The notes beneath the pieces were generated by a model. It was not told where the DNA came from and did not search any database. It saw only the letters and a program-made list of their open reading frames with translations. Below are positions 33,172-42,904 of a stretch of 64,000 bases of DNA, one piece after another. The stretch's first letter is position 1. Every line of letters begins with the position of its first letter. Position numbers and translations under genes: made by a program. The DNA is from an uncultured cyanobacterium (GTDB lineage Bacteria; Cyanobacteriota; Cyanobacteriia; Cyanobacteriales; Nostocaceae), in the NCBI GenBank assembly GCA_963706595.1, contig OY970166.1:288001-352000 (forward strand), written 5' to 3'.

Positions 33172-34866
33172 ATGACACAAACTCAGTTAGAAAAAACTGC
33201 CAATATCCCGCCTCATATAGAAGAACCAGAAGAAAGACATTGGCTAGACTTCTTTGGTTTCAGCACCGATCACAAGGTAATTGGAATTCAATACCTAGTT
33301 ACTTCTTTTGTTTTCTACTGCATTGGCGGCGTAATGGCTGACTTGGTGCGAACAGAACTACGCACCCCGGAAGTAGATTTTGTTACCCCAGAAATTTATA
33401 ACAGTCTATTTACACTGCACGCCACAATCATGATTTTTTTGTGGATTGTGCCAGCCGGGGCTGGATTTGCTAATTATCTGATTCCCCTGATGATTGGGGC
33501 GAGAGATATGGCATTTCCGCGCTTGAATGCTGTGGCTTTTTGGATGATCCCCCCGGCTGGTGTGTTGCTCATCGCTAGTTTAGCTCTGGGTGATGCGCCT
33601 GATGCTGGTTGGACTTCCTACCCTCCTTTGAGCTTGGTAACAGGTCAAGTGGGTGAGGGCATTTGGATTATGAGTGTCCTGCTGTTGGGTACATCGTCGA
33701 TTTTGGGAGCGATTAACTTTCTAGTTACGATTCTCAAAATGCGTGTTCCTAGCATGGGCGTTCATCAAATGCCTTTGTTTTGCTGGTCGATGTTGGCAAC
33801 TTCGGCTTTAGTGTTGCTATCTACACCAGTTTTAGCAGGGGCGCTGATTCTGCTGGGCTTTGATTTGTTAGCAGGGACAACATTTTTTAACCCCACTGGC
33901 GGGGGTGATCCGGTGGTTTACCAGCATATGTTCTGGTTCTATTCTCATCCGGCGGTATATATCATGATTTTGCCGTTCTTTGGGGCAATTTCGGAAATTC
34001 TGCCAGTTCATGCCCGTAAGCCGATTTTTGGCTATAAGGCGATCGCCTATTCATCTCTAGCAATTAGTTTCTTAGGGCTAATCGTCTGGGCGCACCACAT
34101 GTTTACCAGTGGTGTCCCCGGTTGGTTACGAATGTTTTTTATGATCACCACCATGATCATTGCTGTACCCACTGGAATTAAAATTTTTGGTTGGTTAGCA
34201 ACTATCTGGGGTGGCAAAATCAGTCTGAATAGTCCGATGATCTTTGCGATGGGCTTTTTAAGTACCTTCGTAATTGGCGGGATCAGTGGTGTAATGTTAG
34301 CCGCAGTTCCCTTTGATATTCACGTTCATGATACATATTTTGTAGTCGCACACTTGCACTACGTCCTGTTTGGTGGTAGCGTCTTAGGAATTTTTGCTGC
34401 TATTTACCACTGGTTCCCGAAAATGACGGGACGGATGATGAACGAATTTTGGGGTAAAGTTCATGCTGTATTAACCATTGTTGGTCTGAATATGACCTTC
34501 TTACCCATGCACAAGCTAGGGCTGATGGGAATGAACCGCCGAATTGCCCAATATGACCCGAAATTCACCTCATTGAATGAAATCTGCACCTACGGATCAT
34601 ATCTTTTGGCGATTTCGACATTACCCTTTATCATCAATGCTGTTTGGAGTTGGTGGTATGGCGAAAAAGCTGGTGATAATCCTTGGCGGGGACTCACCCT
34701 AGAATGGATGACTACCTCACCACCAGCCATTGAGAATTTTGATCCACTCCCGGTATTAGCTACTGGCCCTTACGACTATGGCGTAAGTAACAAAGAAGTG
34801 GATATTCAGGAGGTTTTAAATATCGAACCTGGCGAACCATACCCAACTATTGAGTCTGGCGCTTAA
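33172..34866 (+). CDS. coxA: Cytochrome c oxidase subunit I
   Basis: STDHKVIG, WFYSHPAVY, WAHHMF, HDTYFVVAHLHY. Confidence 0.98.
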   Translation: MTQTQLEKTANIPPHIEEPEERHWLDFFGFSTDHKVIGIQYLVTSFVFYCIGGVMADLVRTELRTPEVDFVTPEIYNSLFTLHATIMIFLWIVPAGAGFANYLIPLMIGARDMAFPRLNAVAFWMIPPAGVLLIASLALGDAPDAGWTSYPPLSLVTGQVGEGIWIMSVLLLGTSSILGAINFLVTILKMRVPSMGVHQMPLFCWSMLATSALVLLSTPVLAGALILLGFDLLAGTTFFNPTGGGDPVVYQHMFWFYSHPAVYIMILPFFGAISEILPVHARKPIFGYKAIAYSSLAISFLGLIVWAHHMFTSGVPGWLRMFFMITTMIIAVPTGIKIFGWLATIWGGKISLNSPMIFAMGFLSTFVIGGISGVMLAAVPFDIHVHDTYFVVAHLHYVLFGGSVLGIFAAIYHWFPKMTGRMMNEFWGKVHAVLTIVGLNMTFLPMHKLGLMGMNRRIAQYDPKFTSLNEICTYGSYLLAISTLPFIINAVWSWWYGEKAGDNPWRGLTLEWMTTSPPAIENFDPLPVLATGPYDYGVSNKEVDIQEVLNIEPGEPYPTIESGA

Positions 34867-35048
34867 GAAGAAGCAGGGGAGCGGGGAGCAGGGAGCAGGG
34901 GGGAATAAGAGGCAGGGGGGCAGGGTGCAGGGTGCAGGGGGGAAGAGGTGGCCTTATACCCACAATCCCCAGTCCCCAGTCCCAGTCCCCAGTCCCAGTC
35001 CCCAGTCCTCAGTCCCCAATTCCCAATTCCCAATTCCCAATTCCAATT
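34866..35048. repeat. GCAGGG composite element and STRR heptamers (CCCCAGT, ATTCCCA) between coxA and coxC
   Basis: Direct reading. Confidence 0.85.
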
Positions 35049-35069
35049 ACAATACATTTTTAAAGATTC

Positions 35070-35690
35070 ATGCAAAGTCAAATAATTGACCCAGCGAAAA
35101 CTGAACTGAATCATCATGCTGCAACAGCAGATGCTCATCACGAAGCACATCCAGATCATCGTCTGTTTGGGCTAGTGGTATTTCTCATCGCTGAAGGAAT
35201 GCTTTTTTTGGGGATGTTCGGAGCTTATTTAGCTTTCCGTGCTACTTTACCTGCATGGCCTCCAGAAGGCACGCCGGAATTAGAACTATTGCTACCCGGA
35301 ATTAATACTATCAATCTGATTGCTAGTAGTTTTGTGATGCACAATGCTGATACCGCCATCAAAAAAAATGATGCCAAGGGTATGCAGATTTGGTTGACAA
35401 TTACAGCCTTAATGGGTGCTACTTTCTTGGTGGGTCAGGTTTATGAATATGCTCACCTGGAATTTGGTCTGACTACCAATTTGTTTGCTAGTTCATTTTA
35501 TGTGTTAACTGGCTTTCACGGTCTGCACGTTACTATCGGTGTTTTGGCCATTGTGGCTGTGTTGTGGCGATCGCGCGTTCCCGGTCACTACAGTAACGAA
35601 AAGCACTTCGGTATCGAAGCGGCGGAAATCTATTGGCACTTTGTTGACGTAATTTGGATTATTTTGTTCGGATTACTGTACTTACTGTGA
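35070..35690 (+). CDS. coxC: Cytochrome c oxidase subunit III
   Basis: FYVLTGFHGLHV, YWHFVDVIW. Confidence 0.97.
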   Translation: MQSQIIDPAKTELNHHAATADAHHEAHPDHRLFGLVVFLIAEGMLFLGMFGAYLAFRATLPAWPPEGTPELELLLPGINTINLIASSFVMHNADTAIKKNDAKGMQIWLTITALMGATFLVGQVYEYAHLEFGLTTNLFASSFYVLTGFHGLHVTIGVLAIVAVLWRSRVPGHYSNEKHFGIEAAEIYWHFVDVIWIILFGLLYLL

Positions 35691-35731
35691 GTATTAATTA
35701 TAAGTTATTCACTCCACGCGAATAACTCCCT

Positions 35732-35755
35732 AAGCTCCCATCCGGGGGCTTTTCT
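35732..35755 (+). terminator. Putative intrinsic terminator after coxC
   Basis: AAGCTCC/GGGGCTT stem with a G-U pair, followed by a T-run. Confidence 0.5.
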
Positions 35756-36053
35756 CATGGCTTTTAGTCTCAAGTCTAGCGTGAAAGCCTTACAAACACT
35801 AAGTAAACTGACATTTCATACTTCCGAGCAAAGACCTTTCTCTGTCATGTTGCAGAAATCGATCAAGTTGTATTAAGCTATGCGGGAGCTGATGTAGATG
35901 AAGTACATAAAGCTATTCATACATCAGTAATACTGGGTGTTCCATGTCATATCAACGGCTCATGCATCTTGGAAAAAGAATCCCACAAGCTTGATTTCTT
36001 GAAACCAGTTCCCTTGCGAAGGCAAGGTAAATAATTCCACGGAGGAAGTCTGT

Positions 36054-36575
36054 ATGTTAAAGCAACTTTTGAAAGGTAGCTCTGTTTTGGCTTTTTTGTT
36101 CGCAGGAAATCTTTCAGTTCTCGCCCAAGCTCCAGAATCAAAACCTCAAATTCAACCGTCTCAATTGCTACAGGGACAACTTCAACTATCTCAAGCACAA
36201 ACGACTGTGAGCCAGGAAGAATTGCAACAATTTGCCAGCGTTATCCCAACGTTGCAGGAAATTGGTCAAACATCTCAACAGAGGTCTGCACAACTTATTG
36301 AGCAATCAGGCCTGAGCGTAGAGCGATTTCAAGAGCTTTCCGAAGCACAGTCCCCTGGAGCTACACCATCTTCACCAGCAACTCCAGAGGAACAACAATC
36401 TTTTAATCAAGTAGCCCCTGAAATCCAGTCAATCCGAGAGGAAACACTGGCACAACAGCAGGAAGTCGTGCGGGCTGGGGGTTTAGAACCAAACCGCTTC
36501 GATGAGATATTGGTCGCCATTCAGCAAGACCCAGCTTTGCAACAGCAGATACAGCAGCTGATGCAGAACAATTAG
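36054..36575 (+). CDS. Secreted Q-rich protein, DUF4168-like
   Basis: Signal peptide; VSQEELQQFA, GLSVERFQEL, RFDEI..QQDPALQQQI. Confidence 0.8.
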   Translation: MLKQLLKGSSVLAFLFAGNLSVLAQAPESKPQIQPSQLLQGQLQLSQAQTTVSQEELQQFASVIPTLQEIGQTSQQRSAQLIEQSGLSVERFQELSEAQSPGATPSSPATPEEQQSFNQVAPEIQSIREETLAQQQEVVRAGGLEPNRFDEILVAIQQDPALQQQIQQLMQNN

Positions 36576-36594
36576 CGAAGTTTAGCTAAAAATT

Positions 36595-36667
36595 GTAGGT
36601 TGGGTTGACGTAACCAAACCCAACATCATTGGCAGCGTTGGGTTGCGCTACGCTTAACCCAACCTAC
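36595..36667. repeat. Inverted REP doublet (REPIN/BIME-like) GTAGGTTGGGTT...AACCCAACCTAC
   Basis: 12-bp terminal inverted repeat with internal palindromes. Confidence 0.85.
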
Positions 36668-36790
36668 TTGATATTTCGTTTATATACCGAGATTTTTCTG
36701 TATTTTAGGCATATTTCATTAAAATAAAGAATATCATAGTGAAGGTAACTATATTTACCAAGTAGCTCAAACTTAAAAAACGTAATACCC

Positions 36791-36823
36791 AGATCCCCGA
36801 CTTCTTTGAGAAGTCGGGGATCT
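36791..36823. repeat. REP hairpin AGATCCCCGACTTCT-nnn-AGAAGTCGGGGATCT (loop inverted relative to downstream copies)
   Basis: Perfect 15-bp stem; same element at 40867, 40968, 41069, 41739. Confidence 0.92.
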
Positions 36824-36873
36824 AAACCTCGTCTAGGTTGACCTACGTACTTAAATAGCGGTAGCTTTTAACT

Positions 36874-39800
36874 ATGCCTCTTACCTTCACTTTTACTCTC
36901 AGCCAAAACCAAACCTTTGAGCTGCGCTGTGACTACGGTACGCGCCGTCTCGATACTAATGAATTAGGTAGTCTGATTAATCTGTGTGAAGAAAGATACT
37001 ATTCTCAAGAAGAAGATGACACCGCACAGTTACGGAGTATCGGCTGTCAGTTGTATTCGTGGTTGGATGGTAAAGAAGGATGGTTACGCCAAGCTTTAAA
37101 TGCAGAAAATCACGGCACAATATATTTAGATTTAATTCAAACCAGTGAAGCTCAAGGTTTAAACCCCCAAACTCAAAAAGTGGCGTTGGGTTTAGCACAT
37201 TTGCCTTGGGAATTATTACACAACGGCACAGTATTTTTACATAAAGTTTTACCAGTCAGAGCAGTCCAGCAACAAAATAACCCAGTTATTTCCCAGCAAA
37301 ATCGCCCGTTGCGGCTGTTGTTTATGGCGACTTCACCAGAACACCCAGGAATTGCATCTCTACAATTTGAGCAGGAAGAAGCGAATATTCTCAAAGCCAC
37401 ACAAGAGCAGCCTTTGGCGTTGATTGTGGAGGAAAGCGGCTCGGTGGCTGAGTTGGGCAATTTAGTTCAGTCCTATCCCCCAGATTATTTTGATGTGTTC
37501 CATTTGACTGGGCATGGTGTTATTTATACAGTTAGGCAGTTTGGGGGCTATCTGCCGCCAGGTCGGAAAATTCACGATTATACTCCCTGCTTCATTACCG
37601 AGGATGAAGTGGGAGGTGTACAATTTACTACCGTTGATGATTTAGCGAAAGCCTTTCGGGGACGCTTTCCCCGTGTGGTGTTTCTCTCTGGCTGTCACAC
37701 TGGGCAACTTGCTAATAAAGGCACAGTTCCCTCAATGGCGCAGGCTTTGGTGAAAGCGGGTGTGGGTGTGGTTTTGGGCTGGGCGCGTCCGGTGTTTGAC
37801 AGGACAGGTATTATTGCTGCACAAGCGCTGTATCAAGCTTTGGCTACGGGGGCGACGGTGGAAGATGCGGTAAAAACGGCACAGCAGGAAATGATTACTC
37901 AGGAATGTTCCGACTGGCATTTATTGCGGATTTATCGGGATACTCGCCAGATTCAGGAGTTAGTCACACCACAGAATACGATAAAACGCGAAAGGCTGAG
38001 ATTTACACCACCTGAAAGTGAATTTCTCGATGAAAACAATATTGTCAAAGTTGCCAGTCAGGGGGAATTTTTCGGACGCAGAAGAGCTTTGCAGCGTGGG
38101 ATGTTGGCTTTGCGGGCAACTAGCGACCATATCGGCGTGTTTTTGGCGGGAATGGGCGGTTTGGGTAAAAGTTCTCTGGCGGCGCGGTTATGTACACGGG
38201 TGCAGTCGCAACGCCCCAATTTTCAGCGCGTGGTGTTGATTGGGCCTGTAAACGAGGTGGGTTTAATTAACAAGCTGGCGAGTAAGTATGAACGGTTTGC
38301 AGGTGTGCCGGCTTTGTTAAATCAGCCGGGAATTTCTTTTAAAGGGCGATTGCAAAACTTTTTTGAGGCCATAGAAGAGACACAGGATCAGCCTTTGTTG
38401 TTGGTTTTGGATGATTTTGAGCAAAATATCCCCCAAGGGAATATAGCAGATGGTAGTCTGCGGATGACTGCGGAAGCTTACGAGGTTTTAGCAGCTTTGT
38501 GTGCAGCTTTGGCTGAGAATCAAGCGGAAAGTCGGTTAATTGTTACCTGTCGCCATCTGAAGGAAGATACTCTTCCACCCCATCGCTTACATTTGGAAAG
38601 TTTGAATAAAATGGGTGAGGCGGATATTAATAAAATATTTTGGCAATTGGATCAGGATGTGAGGTTGCAAGTGAAAAAGCAGCGCCTCCTGACAATTGCT
38701 GATGGAAATCCGCGCTTGTTGAAGTGGCTGGTGGAAATTGTGCAGTTACCAGATTTGGCTACAGATGAGTTGCTGACAAAGTTGGAGGGTGTGCAACTCA
38801 AGTTTCGGGAAGATATTTTGGCGGAAGTTTTGTTAAATGCTTTGGAGGATGAGGAAAAAAAGTTTCTGGCTAGGTTGAGTGTGTTTCGTCTCCCGGTGAC
38901 GGAGGAAATAATTAAGAACCTCTCCCCAACCCCTCTCCTACGAGGAGAGGGGCTTCAAACTTCCACTTTAGGGGTTGGGGGGTTAGGTTTCCTGCCCAAA
39001 TTAATTAGTCTCAGTTTAGTGGAGTCAGCGACAACTTACGCCCAGCAAATTGCCGAATATCGGGTGACGACGATTTTAGAACCGTTGTTGGAATCGATAT
39101 TAACTGAGGAAGAATGGCAAACTACGCGCCAAGCTGCTACACGTAAAATTTATCAAACTTGGTGGGAAGCAACGGATAAGCGCTACACAGAAGAACAAGG
39201 GCGAGAAATTGTCAGATTGGCGGTGTTGGGACAGGAAAAAGAAATCGCCGTCACTTTGGGCGATAGCATTGCAATTCATTGGCTGGATAACAGCCGATAT
39301 GTGGAAGCACGGGAAATATGCCGAGAAATTCTGCAATTGGGTGAAGATTATCGAATTTTGGGGACTATCGCTAGTGCGGAACATACTTTGGGTTTTGTTA
39401 AGGAAGCGTTGACGCATTATGAACAAGCTTTAAAACTTTGCCCACTAGACGATTTAATAAAAAAAGCCGCCACGCTACACAATATGGCTCGATTAAAAGC
39501 TCAACAGGGAGATATCGCTGCTGCAAGCGTTCTGTTCCAGCAATCTTTAGATATCAATGAAAGCATCAACAATTTTAGAGATAGAGCTGCGACGCTACAA
39601 GAAATAGCTCATTTAAAAGCCCAACAGGAAGATTTACCAGATGCGATCGCACTTTTACGGCAATCTTTGGATATCTATGAAAGCATCAACTATGTCAAAG
39701 GCATAGCTACCACGCTACATAACATGGCTTATTTAAAAGACCAACAGGGGGATATATCTGGTGCAAGCGTTCTGTTCCAGCAATCTTTAGATATCTATGA

Positions 39801-40839
39801 AAGCATCAACGATGTCCGAGGTAAAGCCGCCACGCTACACCAAATGGCTCGATTACAAGCTCAACAGGGGGATATATCTGGTGCAAGCGTTCTGTTCCAG
39901 CAAACTTTGGATATTGAAGACAGCATCAACAATGTCCGAGGTAAAGCCGCCACCCTACACGAAATGGCTGTATTAAAAGCCCAACAGGGAGACATAGCCG
40001 GAGCGATCGCACTTTTCCAGCAAACTTTGGATATTGAAGACAGCATCAACAATGTCCGAGGTAAAGCCGCCACCCTACACGAAATGGCTGGATTAAAAGC
40101 CCAACAGGGAGACATAGCCGGAGCGATCGCACTTTTCCAGCAAACTTTGGATATTGAAGACAGCATCAACAATGTCCGAGGTAAAGCCACCACCCTACAC
40201 GCAATGGGGGGATTAAAAGCGCAACAGGGAGACATAGCCGGGGCGATCGCACTTTTCCAGCAATCTTTGGATATTGAAGACAGCATCAACGATGTCGGAG
40301 GTAAAGCCGTCACATTGGCAAATTTGGCTTATTGTGAAGGAGAAAGGGGAAATAAAACCAAGCAGTTAGAATTCTACCTGCTAGCAGCCCAACTACTCGG
40401 ACAAGTCCGCGCTTACGTATATTTACAGCAAGTTTTAAAGAATTTAGGCGTTACTGATGAAACGAAGGGAATCATCTACCTTGCTCAAGCTGTATGGCTG
40501 TGTATGCGAATTGAAGTACCTTTAATTAATATGATAAATACCCTTGAAGCTATGTACAATTGCATACCCCAAGGGGATGAAATGGAAGCTTTACTGGGTA
40601 CAGTTGCTGTGTATTTCTGCCAAATTCGCGGCACAGGACATCCCCAGTTAGAGGATTTACAACAGCGCAGTTTGAATATTTTATCCGGTTCTGCTGCTGC
40701 ACAGGGGATTGAAAACCAGAAAGCATCTGCTACTTGGTTTGTGCAGCAACGGTTGAATGACCCTGAATATTTTATACCGCAACTCAAGCAACGGTTAGAG
40801 GCGATTGTTGGGGATGAGTGGCTATTTGAGCGATTTTAA
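36874..40839 (+). CDS. CHAT (caspase-like) protease - STAND/NB-ARC-like ATPase - TPR protein
   Basis: LAHLPWELL, FHLTGHG (His), FLSGCHTG (Cys); Walker A GMGGLGKS, Walker B LLLVLDDFE, GNP motif; 40-aa TPR repeats. Confidence 0.92.
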   Translation: MPLTFTFTLSQNQTFELRCDYGTRRLDTNELGSLINLCEERYYSQEEDDTAQLRSIGCQLYSWLDGKEGWLRQALNAENHGTIYLDLIQTSEAQGLNPQTQKVALGLAHLPWELLHNGTVFLHKVLPVRAVQQQNNPVISQQNRPLRLLFMATSPEHPGIASLQFEQEEANILKATQEQPLALIVEESGSVAELGNLVQSYPPDYFDVFHLTGHGVIYTVRQFGGYLPPGRKIHDYTPCFITEDEVGGVQFTTVDDLAKAFRGRFPRVVFLSGCHTGQLANKGTVPSMAQALVKAGVGVVLGWARPVFDRTGIIAAQALYQALATGATVEDAVKTAQQEMITQECSDWHLLRIYRDTRQIQELVTPQNTIKRERLRFTPPESEFLDENNIVKVASQGEFFGRRRALQRGMLALRATSDHIGVFLAGMGGLGKSSLAARLCTRVQSQRPNFQRVVLIGPVNEVGLINKLASKYERFAGVPALLNQPGISFKGRLQNFFEAIEETQDQPLLLVLDDFEQNIPQGNIADGSLRMTAEAYEVLAALCAALAENQAESRLIVTCRHLKEDTLPPHRLHLESLNKMGEADINKIFWQLDQDVRLQVKKQRLLTIADGNPRLLKWLVEIVQLPDLATDELLTKLEGVQLKFREDILAEVLLNALEDEEKKFLARLSVFRLPVTEEIIKNLSPTPLLRGEGLQTSTLGVGGLGFLPKLISLSLVESATTYAQQIAEYRVTTILEPLLESILTEEEWQTTRQAATRKIYQTWWEATDKRYTEEQGREIVRLAVLGQEKEIAVTLGDSIAIHWLDNSRYVEAREICREILQLGEDYRILGTIASAEHTLGFVKEALTHYEQALKLCPLDDLIKKAATLHNMARLKAQQGDIAAASVLFQQSLDINESINNFRDRAATLQEIAHLKAQQEDLPDAIALLRQSLDIYESINYVKGIATTLHNMAYLKDQQGDISGASVLFQQSLDIYESINDVRGKAATLHQMARLQAQQGDISGASVLFQQTLDIEDSINNVRGKAATLHEMAVLKAQQGDIAGAIALFQQTLDIEDSINNVRGKAATLHEMAGLKAQQGDIAGAIALFQQTLDIEDSINNVRGKATTLHAMGGLKAQQGDIAGAIALFQQSLDIEDSINDVGGKAVTLANLAYCEGERGNKTKQLEFYLLAAQLLGQVRAYVYLQQVLKNLGVTDETKGIIYLAQAVWLCMRIEVPLINMINTLEAMYNCIPQGDEMEALLGTVAVYFCQIRGTGHPQLEDLQQRSLNILSGSAAAQGIENQKASATWFVQQRLNDPEYFIPQLKQRLEAIVGDEWLFERF
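39463..40310 (+). repeat. About 7 x 120-bp TPR-coding tandem repeats
   Basis: Equivalent codons at 39481, 39601, 39721, 39841, 39961, 40081, 40201. Confidence 0.93.
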
Positions 40840-41102
40840 GTTTTTTCTGTTCCCTAGCGAGGGTTCAGATCCCCGACTTCTCAAAGAAGTCGGGGATCTA
40901 AAGGGATATGGGAGCATGGAAGCTATTTGAGCGATTTTAAGCTGTTTCTGTTCCCTAGCGAGGGTTCAGATCCCCGACTTCTCAAAGAAGTCGGGGATCT
41001 AAAGGGATATGGGAGCATGGAAGCTATTTGAGCGATTTTAAGCTGTTTCTGTTCCCTAGCGAGGGTTCAGATCCCCGACTTCTCAAAGAAGTCGGGGATC
41101 TA
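40821..41102 (+). repeat. About 2.8 x 101-bp tandem repeat, each unit carrying the REP hairpin and the last codons of the CHAT-TPR gene
   Basis: Units start at 40821, 40922, 41023. Confidence 0.95.
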
Positions 41103-41110
41103 TGCTTAAG

Positions 41111-41683
41111 CTAATCATCTAGCAGTAGTGGCTGTAAGTCTCTGCTAATTTGTAAATTAGGATCTACTAAAAATTGCTGATATGCTGATTCTCCGTCAAT
41201 GTGCATCTTGATATATTGTGTATTGGGTAATTTTCCTGCTCTTAATCCTGCATATTCCAAATAACTGGAAAACTCCCATTCTTCTGGTTGCTTTACCAGT
41301 CCTGCTTTGACGGGATTGAGATGAATATAACGAGAGAGATTTATCAGATAATCAGTGTGTGAAATGTGGATACTTTGAAACCTTCCCTGAAACAAGACTC
41401 CAGAACGATTAAACCGTTTATTAATTGCTTTTGTATAGGCGAGTGAGAGAGATTTCATGGCATCAGAGAGGGTTTCATCTCTGAGATATACTAAAAAATG
41501 ATAATGATTGGGCATTAAACAGTAAGCAACGATATCTACTGCTTTAGTGATGAGATGTTCTTTTACTAACCTCAAAAAATAAATATAATTCTCACGCTCA
41601 AAGAAAATATTTTGCCGATTGTTCCCTCGATTGTAGACGTGATAAAAGTTTCCAGTATACAACGGAACTGCTCGTCGCGGCAT
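41111..41683 (-). mobile_element. REP-associated tyrosine (HUH/Y1) transposase, RAYT/TnpA(REP)
   Basis: YHVYNRGN, YCLMPNHYHFL (HUH), LFQGRF, YIHLNPVKAGLV, WEFSSY; REP hairpins on both sides. Confidence 0.92.
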
Positions 41684-41738
41684 AGGTGAGAATATAATGT
41701 GTTGCTTTTAGTATTCCCTAAAAAAGTGCGATTTATTC

Positions 41739-41771
41739 AGATCCCCGACTTCTCAAAGAAGTCGGGGATCT
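41739..41771. repeat. REP hairpin upstream of the RAYT gene
   Basis: Identical to the copy at 40867-40899. Confidence 0.92.
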
Positions 41772-41782
41772 AATCCTGTGAG

Positions 41783-42853
41783 CTATTTGCTGGTTGGTGG
41801 AATTCCCCAAATAGTCACTTTGCCGTCAAAACTACCACTGGCGAGGGTTTGACCATCTGGACTAAAGGCGATCGCACTTACCCAGTCTGAAGTCCCTAAT
41901 AGTGTATTTTGTAACTCCCCTGTAGTTAAATTCCACATTTTTACGCCATCTCTGCCGGCACTGGCTAGGGTTTGTCCATTGGGATTGATGGCGATCGCAT
42001 TCACCCAATTATTATGTCCTGTGAGAGTACGTACTGGCTCGTTAGAATTTTGACTCCAAATTTTAATAGTGCGATCGCGGCTAGCAGTGATCACATTTGA
42101 CCCGTCTGGCGTGAAAGCCAGAGTAGTCACTATCTGGGAATGTGCCGTAAATTCACGGATTAATTCCCCAGTCTTCAAGTTCCACAGCTTAACTACACCC
42201 TTGTTATCACCACTAGCTAAAGTCTGACCATCAGAACTCATTGCCAGTGTATATATAGAATTATCAAAGCGGACTAAAGTACTCAGTGGACGCTGTTGTA
42301 ACAAATCCCACGTCCGAATTCCATCTAAAGCACCACTGACTAGAACTCGACTATCGGGAGACACAGCCAAAGACATCACATTACTGCTATGTCCCACAAA
42401 AGAACGACGAAACCGATTATTTTTCAGATTCCAAAGATTAATTCTATTATCGCTGCTACAGCTAATTAAAGTTTGACCGTCTGGTGAAATTGCTAAAGAC
42501 TGCACCCCAGTTTTGTGTGCTTTCTTGATCTGCCCTGATCTTTGCCCTGTGACGGGATTCCACAATTGGATGATGCCATCATTATTACCACCACCACTGA
42601 CCAAAAGTTTGCTATTGGGACTAAAGGCTAAAGATTTAACGCTTCCTCTATGTCCTAAGAGGGTGTGAAGCAGTTGGGGGTTGGTAATCGCAGTTTTAAC
42701 TTGAGAGTTTGGTCTTAATTCCACAGCAGCGTGAACAGCCGGAATATTTGACCCTTGCCAGACAGTTATCGGCAGAGCGATCGCTGCCATAAATGCCATA
42801 ATAATATACGGGCGCAGTACACATTTGTTTCCAGGGCTTACCTCACTCCGCAC
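41783..42853 (-). CDS. WD40-repeat protein with N-terminal signal/TM segment
   Basis: Seven GH...SLAFSPDG..LASG..W repeats. Confidence 0.93.
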   Translation of the reverse strand: MRSEVSPGNKCVLRPYIIMAFMAAIALPITVWQGSNIPAVHAAVELRPNSQVKTAITNPQLLHTLLGHRGSVKSLAFSPNSKLLVSGGGNNDGIIQLWNPVTGQRSGQIKKAHKTGVQSLAISPDGQTLISCSSDNRINLWNLKNNRFRRSFVGHSSNVMSLAVSPDSRVLVSGALDGIRTWDLLQQRPLSTLVRFDNSIYTLAMSSDGQTLASGDNKGVVKLWNLKTGELIREFTAHSQIVTTLAFTPDGSNVITASRDRTIKIWSQNSNEPVRTLTGHNNWVNAIAINPNGQTLASAGRDGVKMWNLTTGELQNTLLGTSDWVSAIAFSPDGQTLASGSFDGKVTIWGIPPTSK

Positions 42854-42904
42854 TGTTTTGCCTCACTTTTTAGGATAGATTTCGTCTTCAGCACTGCGAA
42901 CTTC

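Noticed and set aside
39463..40310. TPR repeats as a diversity-generating retroelement target
   Set aside because: No reverse transcriptase in the window and no non-coding template repeat with adenine-specific differences
40821..41102. REP tandem array as a CRISPR
   Set aside because: Intervening sequences are identical, so there are no unique spacers; the same applies to 47813-48110
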